From: Balanoglossus misakiensis
Taxonomy: Eukaryota > Animalia > Hemichordata
Assembly (NCBI GenBank): GCA_040954595.2
Contig: JBECUI020000031.1
Span: 1 to 64,000, forward strand
Length of the DNA: 64,000 nucleotides
Direction: 5' to 3'
The position numbers were made by a program, and so were the translations under genes. This document shows positions 1 to 8,598 of the stretch, in pieces. Position 1 is the first letter of the stretch, and the number at the start of each line of letters is the position of its first letter. A model generated the notes under the pieces. That model was given only the letters and a program-made list of their open reading frames with translations. It made no database searches and was not told the DNA's origin.

Positions 1-162
1 CTTGACGGATTGCTGGTAGGGAGAGGTGCAGGCTAGGGTTTTGGGGGGAGATGGGCTGTATGGCTTTGGCGGGGAAGCCTTCCAAGGCCCCTCCAGAGGG
101 GGGGGCTTGGAGGGCGGGATTGCTGGTAGATGGCATCATCCCCGCATTTGCGGGGGTGATGC
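1..162. repeat. GC-rich REP-like palindromes downstream of lipoprotein 1
   Basis: Hairpins gccttccaaggcccctc..gagggggggcttggagggc and catcatccccgc-attt-gcgggggtgatg. Near-identical to 3277-3447. Confidence 0.75.
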
Positions 163-2963
163 CTAGGGGGTTGGGAGGGGGGTGTTGGGTTGGCCTGGGA
201 GGTCTTGATGTGGGGGTGGTAGGGGGGGGTGCCGTCTACCCGGCCTGTGATGACCCAGTCCTCGGCGGTCCAGCCTAGATTGCTTGGGTCGGTGGAGGTG
301 TACCAGCTTGGGTTTTTTAGTTGATCCAGGGTTACCTCGCTGCCTTCTGTGTTGGGAGTGACGCTATCAGGGGGAGTGATGGTCTGGTTGTTGTAGCGGT
401 AGCTGTTGGTTATGGTATCTTGCCCTAATACCCCTACCAGCCCCCAATTTTATCAATAGTAGCCGAGACATCCCCAGTGGCATAGCTGTTGGTTATGGTA
501 GCCCAGCTATTTCCGATTAAGCCTCCTACCTCCTTTTCCCCAGAGACATTCCCGGTAGCATAGCTATCTGTTAGAATAGTGGCCAACACATTAGACGGAT
601 CGTACGGCGTAAATCCAATCAAACCACCCACTCTCCATGCCCCCGAGACATCTCCTGTGGCATAACTACCTGTTATGGTTCCCTGGTGAGAACTACTTCC
701 GCCACCCCCCCCACAGCATTCCTGCCCTGAGACATCCCCAGTGGCATAGCTGTCTGTTATGATGACAGTATCTGTCTCGGTTTTTCCGACCAACCCCCCC
801 ACAGAATCCTGCCCTGAGACATCCCCAGTGGCATAGCTGCCTGTTATGGGGATGCGGCCGTATCCAACCAAACCACCCACAAATTCCCTGCCCCGAGACA
901 TCCCCAGCGGCATAGCTGTCCGTTATGCTGACGTCGACCAGGCCATAGTAATTTCCAACCAAGCCACCCACAATATTCCCCTCCCCGAGACATCCCCCGT
1001 GGCATAGCTACCGCTTATGGTAGCATAAGAGCGCCCGACCAAAGCACCCACTTCGCGGTACCCCAAAACAGAGCCCCCAATCAGTCCCAGATCCTTTATC
1101 TCACTTCCAGCAACCGTGACCCCAAAAAAACCAACTCCATGGGCTTCAGGAGTCGTGATAGTCCTTCCCTCAATGACTTCAGTAACTCCAGGGATCGTGA
1201 TAATCATCCCCTCAATGCTGTAGTTCTTACCGTCAAAACTACCGGCAAACCCACCGCTTTGATAGGTCCCCGTATCGGTATAACCCGCGGACAAGGGGGC
1301 CCAGTTCCCGTTCTCGGCATCATTGTCGTTGTCGTAGGGGTCATCCTTAATCCCGTCGTTGTTGGCGTCGGCGAAGTTGAGGTTGCTTTTCAACTCATAA
1401 CTCCAGCTTTCGGGGTAGTTTTCCGTATCCACGCCGATTTTGGCCAGTTCACTCAGGCGGTGGATGTGCTGCTTGCCGTCAGCTGTGGGGATGAGGGGGG
1501 TGGAATAGCGGTACTCGGCGCTGTTGTCACTCAGGAGGGTACGCAGGTAGTGGGTGCTATCATCAATGAGTCCGTCTATTACCAGGGCTTTCTCGTTGCC
1601 CAGGCCCTCGCCAGTAAAGGTGAGTTCCTTGGTGAACGTTGTGAAATCTTTATTTGTGGAGGCCTGGATTTTGGCTTCTGTACCTGCGAGAGCCTCAACC
1701 ATGGCCGTTATCTTTCCTGAACGGGGAATGGCATCGGTAATGCGGGCGATGGGGAAGATGTAGGGATTGCCTGGGGCCTCTGTCCAGTCGCTTGTTTCCC
1801 CTTGGGAGTTTTGCCCCTGAACCCGGATGTAGTAGGAATTTCCTCTGGTCAAGCCAGTAAAACTTATCTCAACTAAGTCTCCTGAGGCTTCGAGAGTTTT
1901 TGAGTCCACGGCCTGGTCTGCGTAGTCAGCCTGGTTGTGTACCGAGGCGGTGATGCTAACCCCGCTTAGGGCTTTGAAGCTGAGGATAAGGGTGAGATTG
2001 GGGGAGTCGAGGCGAACCCCTTCTATGCTGACTGTGGGGTGTGGTCTGGGGATGCTGGGGTTGCTTGAGAGTTCTATCCATTCGGTGGGGTTCTCTGGGT
2101 CGTCTTGGTATGCTTTTGCCTGCAGGTAGTAGGGGGTTTCGTTTGTCAGGCCGGTCAAGGTTATGTCCTGGGTTGCTGTTGCCGTTGGGTCAGAGTCTGC
2201 CGTTGCGGCGGCAGGTTCAGTAAATGCGGCTTCGTGTACGCTGCTACGGTGATGGTTACTCCAGGCAGAGCTTTGAGGCTGATGATGATGCTTTGATGTT
2301 CGGGGTCTACGTTTTCAATGACAGCGGGGTCCAGGAACGCTGTTGGTGTGCCGAAGCCGCTCCAGGGGGCTTCTGAGTAGCCAGTGGAGCCGATGGGGTA
2401 GTTTAAGGCAATAGCGGTTAAGGATGAAGGAAAGGCTTCGGCGAGGCTGCCTGTAAAGCTGGGGGGCGTTGGGGCTAAGATGGTGAGCTTGGTCAAGGCC
2501 GTAGCGGCGAAGGCCAGGCTGCCTATGGAGCTAATGCCGTTTCCTAGGCGAACTTCGGTAAGGGAGGCCGATGCGTTGAAAGCTTCGTCTTCGATGGTTT
2601 TTACAGTGTCTGGTATGGTTACGCTGGTAAGGGAGGAGTTTTTAAAGGCTGCTTTGGCTATGGTGGTTACAGGCTTGTCTTGAATGGCTGAGGGTATGGT
2701 GAGGGTTGTGCTGTCTTGTGTTGCCAGGCCAGTTATGGTGATTTCCGTGCCGTTGTCTCGGTAGGTGACCGCTTCAAAGGAAGGAGCAGCGGGGTTATTA
2801 CAGGAGCTTAAGAGGTAAAAGGCGATGGGGAAAAGGAGGAGTTTTTTAGCTTTAGCTAAGGTATTTCTATGCTGTCCTAACGCGGGAGAGTGAGTGAGTG
2901 AGTGAGTGAGTGAGTGAGTGAGTGAGTGAGTGAGTGAGTGAGTGAGTTGGTCAATAAATTCAT
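163..2963 (-). CDS. Surface lipoprotein paralogue 1 (BspA-like LRR + FN3-like modules + 7 GLUG-type repeats); frame-disrupted as assembled
   Basis: Colinear with intact paralogue 3448-5681. ORF pieces 2161-2496, 923-2158, 693-971, 434-913. Lipobox LSSC and SYATGDVSG repeats. Ends ...PNTPLPTP-TAG at 163. Out of frame at the (ACTC)15 tract and at several single-base indels. Confidence 0.8.
2888..2947. repeat. Perfect tetranucleotide SSR (GAGT)15 inside the 5' coding region of lipoprotein 1
   Basis: Counted directly: 60 bp of uninterrupted GAGT, starting 16 nt into the CDS from the ATG at 2963. Confidence 0.95.
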
Positions 2964-3010
2964 ATGTTTCATATGCTGGGTCTCCTTAAAAGTTTGATTT
3001 TACTTGGTCT

Positions 3011-3039
3011 AACTTATCGTAGTGATACTTTTTTGTCAA
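3011..3039 (-). promoter_or_regulatory. Putative sigma70 promoter of lipoprotein 1 (TTGACA-17-TAAGTT)
   Basis: Perfect -35, 17-bp spacer, TAnnnT -10. An AAGGAG RBS lies downstream. The same position is conserved in unit 2. Confidence 0.6.
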
Positions 3040-3227
3040 GTCTTGTCCTTAGGTCTAAGACTTTTTGTTTGAGCAGTAATATTGAATAAGGACACTACGG
3101 TATAAAAGTTTATTGCGTTTTATAGGGAAAGCCCAGTTTTTTTAAGATTATTTTCTGTTTTATGGGAAGTAGTGAAGGTTGCTATGGGGAAGGAGTGGTT
3201 TGGGAGGTGGTCTGGTCTGTTGGGGTG

Positions 3228-3447
3228 AGCCTTCCAAGGCCCGCCCGAAGTGGGGGGGCTTGGGGGGCGGGTTTGCTTGACGAGATTGCTGGTAGGGATT
3301 GCGGGGAGAGGTGCAGGCTAGGGTTAGGGGTGAGATGGGGGGAGTATGGCCTTGGCGGGGAAGCCTTCCAAGGCCCCTCCCAGAGGGGGGGCTTGGAGGG
3401 CGGGATTGCTGGTAGAGGCATCATCCCCGCATTTGCGGGGGTGATGG
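3228..3447. repeat. Cluster of GC-rich REP-like palindromes between array units
   Basis: Two copies of gccttccaaggccc...gggcttgg.gggcggg.ttgct plus the catcatccccgc/gcgggggtgatg hairpin. Confidence 0.75.
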
Positions 3448-5681
3448 CTAGGGGGTTGGGAGGGGGTGTTGGGTTGGCCTGGGAGGTCTTTGATGTGAGG
3501 GTGGTAGGGGGGGGTGCCGTCTACCCGGCCTGTGATGACCCAGTCCTCGGCGGTCCAGCCTAGATTGCTTGAGTCGGTGGAGGTGTACCAGCTTGGGGTT
3601 TTTAGTTGAACCAAGGTTACCTCGCTGCCTTCGGTGTTGGGAGTGACGTTATTAGGGGGGGTGATGGTCTGGTTGTTGTAGCGGTAGCTGTTGGTTATGG
3701 TACCTTGACTTGATACTCCTACCAGCCCCCCAATTTCATCAATAGTAGCCGAGACATCCCCTGTGGCATAGCTGTTCGTTATGCTAGCATAGCTATCTCC
3801 GATTAAGCCTCCTACTTGCTGTTCCCCAGAGACATTCCCGGTAGCATAGCTGGCTGTTAGAGTAATGCCAGACATAAAAGACGGATTGTACGACATCAAT
3901 CCAATTAAACCGCCTACTCTCGACGCCCCCGAGACATCCCCTGTGGCATAGCTGCCTGTTATGGGACCACTGCTCAGCCCAACCAAGCCACCCAGATAGT
4001 TCTCCCCCGAGACATCCCCCGTGGCATAGCTGTCTGTTATGGCAGCTTCGGTCCATCCGACCAAGCCACCAACATTACTAACAGACCCCGAGACATCCCC
4101 TGTGGCATAGCTACCGCTTATGGTAGCAGAAGAGTGCCCGACCAAAGCACCCACATAGCCAAACCCAGAAACAGAGCCCCCAATCAGTCCCAGATCCTTT
4201 ATCTCACTTCTATCAACCGTGGCCCCAAAAAAACCAACTCCATCGGCTTCAGGGGTCGTGATAATCATTCCCTCAATGCTGTAATTTTTACCATCAAAAC
4301 TCCCGGCAAACCCACCGCCTTGGTAGTTCCCGAAGTTGTCATAAGTCCCTGAGGTAAGGGGGGCCCAGTTCCCGTTCCCGACTTCATTGTCGTTGTCGTA
4401 GGGGTCATCCTTAATCCCGTCGTTGTTGGCGTCAGAGAAGTTGAGATTCGTTTTTAACTCGTAGCTCCAGCTTTCGGGGTAGTTTTCCATATCCACTCCG
4501 ATTTTGGCCAGTTCGCTTAGGCGGTGGATGTATTGCGTGCCGTCGGCTGTGGGGATGAGGGGCGTGGAGTAGCGGTGTTCTTTGCTGCCGTCGTTTAGCA
4601 GGGCCCGCAGGTAGTAGGCCGTGTCGTTATTCAGTCCGCTTAGTTCCAGCGTTTGAGGCGTAGGACTGCCTGTGATGGAGATTTCTTCGGCCATGCTGGT
4701 AAAGTTTTTGTCGGTGTAGGCCTGAAGTTTTGCTTCCACTCCGTCTGAAGCCCCAACGATAGCAATAATTTTTCCTGAACGGGGGATGGCATCGGTGATG
4801 ACAATGCCGCGGGAACGGTGGGGGTCAGGCAGCGGGACCCATGGGGTGGGATTGTCCGGGGAGTCCTGGTATGCCCGGGCCCGCAGGTAGTAGGAGGTTC
4901 CGTCGGTTAGGCCGGAGAGGGTTATGGTCTGGGAAGACGTGGCGGCGGGGTTAGAGGTGGCGGTGGAGGCGGCGGGGTTGGCGAAGGTGGATTCCGTGTG
5001 GGCTTCTACGGTGACGGTAACGCCGGGAAGGGCTTTGAGACGGAGGATGAGTTTTTGAAAACTTTGACTTATTTCTTCTATGACGGCGGGGTCCAGAAAC
5101 GGCGTTTGGGTTCCGAAGCTGCTCCAGGGAGTTTCTGTGTAGCCTTGGCTGCCTATGGGGTAATGGAGGGTGCTTTCCGATAGGGAGGCGGGGAAGGCTT
5201 CGGCGGGGGTGCCTGTAAAGCTGGGGGGCGTTGGGGCCAGGATGGTCAGCTTGTTCAGGGCGGTGCCGGCGAAGGCTTGGCTGCCTATGGAGGTGAGGCC
5301 GTTTCCTAGGCGAACTTCGGTAAGGGAAGCCGATGCGTTGAAGGCTTCGTCTTCTATGGTTTTTACAGTGTCTGGTATGGTTACGCTGGTAAGGGAGGAG
5401 TTTTTAAAGGCTGCTTTGGCTATGGTGGTAACGGGTTTGTCTTGAATGGCTGAGGGTATGGTGAGGGCTGTGCTGTCTTGTGTTGCCAGGCCCGTTATTG
5501 TGATTTCCGTGCCGTTGTCTCGGTAGGTGACCGCTTCAAAGGAAGGAGCAGCGGGGTTATTACAGGAGCTTAAGATGTACAAGGCGATGGGGATAAGGAT
5601 GAGTTTTTTAGCTTTAGCTAAGGTATTTCTATGCTGTCCTAATGCGGGTGAGTGGGTGGGTGAGTTGATCAATGAATTCAT
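3448..5681 (-). CDS. Surface lipoprotein paralogue 2 (BspA-like LRR + FN3-like modules + 5 GLUG-type repeats)
   Basis: 785-aa ORF 3324-5681. Lipobox ILSSC, LTSVTIPDTVKTIEDEAF LRR, VGGLVG...SYATGDVSG repeats. Comparison with copy 1 (G6 vs G5 run) puts the likely true stop at 3448. Confidence 0.85.
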
Positions 5682-5718
5682 ATGCTGGGTCTCCTTAAAA
5701 GTTTGATTTGATTGGTCT

Positions 5719-5747
5719 ATCTTATCGTAGTGATTCCTTTTTGTCGA
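5719..5747 (-). promoter_or_regulatory. Putative sigma70 promoter of lipoprotein 2 (TCGACA-17-TAAGAT)
   Basis: Homologous position to 3011-3039 within a ~230-bp duplicated upstream region. Confidence 0.55.
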
Positions 5748-6242
5748 GTCTTGTCCTTAGGTCTAAGACTTTTTGATTGAGCAGTGATATTGAATAAGGA
5801 CACTACGCTATAAAAGCTTATTGCGTTTTAGAGGGAAAGCCCAGTTTTTTTAAGATTATTTTCTGTTTTATGAGAAGTACGGTTTTGAAGGGGAAGGAGT
5901 GGTTTTGTAGCTGGTTTAGTCTTCGGCTGTTTTCATGCACATTATGAGAAATCCGAATAAATATCACATCCCGAATCCTGCCAGGACTTTTGCTTTGTGA
6001 AAACGGGTGCTTTGACCAAGCATTTGATGTCTTAACACAAGTGCAGAATACCGTCATTCGGCTAAATCCTTCAACTGAAAGTATATCTGTAACCGGACGA
6101 AAGTCGGACCCTGTCCGAAAAAAACAAAACCGGCCCAAACAGAGTATGAAGTGGGGAGAATGGAGAGAATCAGGCGGCTGGGGAGAGGTTCCTAAAGGAA
6201 GTTTAAAGCCTGAAACCCTTTGAAAAACAAGGGGGAAAATTA

Positions 6243-6316
6243 TGGAGGTGAAGGGAGTCGAACCCATGGCCTCGTGAATGCCATTCACGCGCTCTAACCA
6301 ACTGAGCTACACCCCC
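6243..6316 (-). tRNA. tRNA-Ala(GGC), CCA not encoded
   Basis: GGGGGTGTAGCTCAGTTGGTTAGAGCG...TGGCA...GGTTCGACTCC...CACCTCCA; G3:U70 alanine identity pair. Confidence 0.97.
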
Positions 6317-6383
6317 CAGTTTTTATGTATGTTAGCTGCCTTCCTCTAATCTTGTCAAGTCCTTACTTCATGGAATTGTTTTC

Positions 6384-7370
6384 TTGATTTATACTAAGTT
6401 TACGATGCTAAAAAAAGCTAATGAAAAAATCTCCCTTGCTGAGGCTTCAGCTCTGACCCAGAAGCTCCATGATCGTTTTTCCGAGGTAATCAAAGGGAAA
6501 AAAGAATTTTTAGAAAAGTTGCTCGCTGGCTTTGTCGCCGGGGGGCATATTCTTCTGGAAGATCTTCCAGGAACTGCTAAGACTACCTTAGGGCGGATCC
6601 TGGCAAAAGTTCTGGAAGGGGCAAGGTTCCGGAGGATTCAGTTTACTCCTGATCTTCTTCCCTACGATATTACTGGAATGGAGGTATGGGACGAAAAGGC
6701 CAGGGACTTTGTTTTTCGTCCCGGTCCTCTTTTTGCCCATGTGGTTCTGGCCGATGAAATTAATCGCAGCACCCCAAAGGTTCAGTCGGCACTTTTGGAG
6801 GTGATGGCAGAAAGCCAGGTGACCGTAGGAAATATAACGCGGCGATTGGGGGAGCCTTTTATTGTTCTGGCTACCCAAAATCCGGTGGAAACCGAGGGTA
6901 CCTATCCCCTTCCAGAGGCTCAGAAAGACCGCTTTATGATGAGGCTTAGCCCGGGCTACCCAAACCGGGAGGCAGAATATCTTATTGTGCGTTCCAATCC
7001 TTCCAGACTGGCCCTTGAGGCCCTGGAGGCCGCTTGCACTTTAGAAAAAGCCATTGCACTAAGGGCTGCTGCTAAGGAGGTCTATCTTGATGAACGCCTT
7101 TCCCGCTGTGCTGTCGATATTGCCGTGGCATTAAGAGAGCATCCGGCGGTACTGCTGGGGGTTTCTCCCCGGGGGGTCTTGATGCTGGCTGATGCCGTGC
7201 GGGCTTTGGCCCTGGTGCGGGGACGGGATTATGTGATTGATCAGGATCTGCTGGACCTGGTTCACGAGGTCTATACTCACCGCCTGCGGCTTCATGGGGG
7301 CAAGGATTCCGCAAAATCTCTGGTCCAGGAGGCGGCAGAGCGTGAAATCGAAAAAATTCCTTATGAGTAA
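6384..7370 (+). CDS. MoxR-family AAA+ ATPase
   Basis: GHILLEDLPGTAKT, RIQFTPDLLPYDITG, LADEINR, ATQNPVE, YPLPEAQ motifs. True start may be ATG 6405. Confidence 0.93.
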   Translation: MIYTKFTMLKKANEKISLAEASALTQKLHDRFSEVIKGKKEFLEKLLAGFVAGGHILLEDLPGTAKTTLGRILAKVLEGARFRRIQFTPDLLPYDITGMEVWDEKARDFVFRPGPLFAHVVLADEINRSTPKVQSALLEVMAESQVTVGNITRRLGEPFIVLATQNPVETEGTYPLPEAQKDRFMMRLSPGYPNREAEYLIVRSNPSRLALEALEAACTLEKAIALRAAAKEVYLDERLSRCAVDIAVALREHPAVLLGVSPRGVLMLADAVRALALVRGRDYVIDQDLLDLVHEVYTHRLRLHGGKDSAKSLVQEAAEREIEKIPYE

Positions 7371-8598
7371 AGGAGCAAAAATCCGTTTCCATCCCACCTG
7401 GGCGGGGATTGTCGGTGTTGGTCATTTCCCGGCCTTTTTTCTGGGGCTTGCCAGGGACGAAGTTTTGTTTGTGATTTTAGGTTTGGCCCTTCCCTGTTTA
7501 GTCCTCTTTTCTCTTCTGCCTCTTCTGATTGCGATTCCCCGGTTACGGCGGGATGCCTCCCTGCCCGGTGCAGGGGTGGAGGTGCTTCCAGATCGGCTGG
7601 AGATCGATCAGGTTTTTTCTTTGACCGGCAATCCGCCTAGGCCCCATTTTCTTCCAGGCCTCAGACTGGAGGCCGTATGGCGATTGTTTTTTTCTTGCAG
7701 GAAGTTGGAAATAGCACTTCGCCTGCCTCATCGGGGAGGATCGACGACTGAATTGACTATTCCCTTCCGGGGATCTTGGCAGGGATGGGCCTTCATGCGG
7801 GTTTCTGATCCTTTTGGATTTTTTATTCTGGAAATCAGCCGTCCTGGCAGCAAAAGGCTTCTCTGTCCTCCCGAAATGGAGATTGGAAAGGGAGATTTAC
7901 CTTCCCGGCTTCCCCAGGCTCTTTCCTCCGCAGCTCTGCGACGCAAGGAATATGCCGATGATATGCTGGAACGCCGGCCCTATGTTCCCGGAGATGATCC
8001 TCGCCGATTGGATTGGAAGCATTACGCCAGAACGGGCGGGCTTTTGATCCGCCTGGGGGAGGAGGGCATTCCCTATAAAGGGCAGATACGGCTGGTTCTG
8101 CTGGCCGAGAATCTGGGGCGTAACAAGAGGAGAGCTTTGGACCGACTGGATCTTCTATCGGAAACTCTGGCATCGCTGGGTCTGACCCTGAAGACGGAGG
8201 GCTGGGAGGTTCTTTGCCGATTACCTGGCAAGGAGACATGGGTCTCTGTTAACGAGAAAAACTCCTGGGAAGAGGCCCTGGCCTCGCTGCTGCCCTCAAA
8301 AGAAACAGAAGAAATTCATGTTCCGTCTGAGGGGGGGCCGGTTCTGCTGCTAGCTCATCCTTGTGCCTCTGAAAAAGCCCTGGCCCTGACCTGCCGCTTT
8401 GCCTCAGAAGGCTGTGCCGCCACTTTAGTCTATCCCGCCATCTCCGATACCTTGCCGCCCCAGCCGCCCTGGTGGAGGCAACCCCACGAGAAAAGGTCCT
8501 TGCTGTTCGATAGCTTATTTGCCGCCGGAGAAAAAAATCTCCTTTCTACAGCCATGGAAGCCGCTAAGGCTAGGTCGGTGTATGCCTGGACTTTCTAG
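7363..8598 (+). CDS. DUF58 domain membrane protein
   Basis: RPYVPGDDPRRLDWKHYAR motif. ATG 7363 overlaps the MoxR stop. Confidence 0.88.
   Translation: MSKGAKIRFHPTWAGIVGVGHFPAFFLGLARDEVLFVILGLALPCLVLFSLLPLLIAIPRLRRDASLPGAGVEVLPDRLEIDQVFSLTGNPPRPHFLPGLRLEAVWRLFFSCRKLEIALRLPHRGGSTTELTIPFRGSWQGWAFMRVSDPFGFFILEISRPGSKRLLCPPEMEIGKGDLPSRLPQALSSAALRRKEYADDMLERRPYVPGDDPRRLDWKHYARTGGLLIRLGEEGIPYKGQIRLVLLAENLGRNKRRALDRLDLLSETLASLGLTLKTEGWEVLCRLPGKETWVSVNEKNSWEEALASLLPSKETEEIHVPSEGGPVLLLAHPCASEKALALTCRFASEGCAATLVYPAISDTLPPQPPWWRQPHEKRSLLFDSLFAAGEKNLLSTAMEAAKARSVYAWTF

Noticed and set aside
3324-3447. C-terminal extension of the 785-aa ORF (SHHPRKCGDD...)
   Set aside because: It reads through the hairpin module. 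Copy 1 has one more G in the run and stops at the homologous TAG, so this is likely a homopolymer error.
396-4123. CRISPR-like look of ~36-bp repeats with variable 40-60 bp spacers
   Set aside because: Units translate in frame as GLUG protein repeats, the spacers share a GGLVG motif, and there are no cas genes in the window.
163-4400. Diversity-generating retroelement (TR/VR pair) between the two lipoprotein 3' ends
   Set aside because: Differences inspected include T/C and G/T changes and indels, so they are not adenine-specific. No reverse transcriptase is in the window.
5818-6288. 156-aa minus-strand ORF
   Set aside because: It overlaps tRNA-Ala and the duplicated promoter region and has no motif; spurious.
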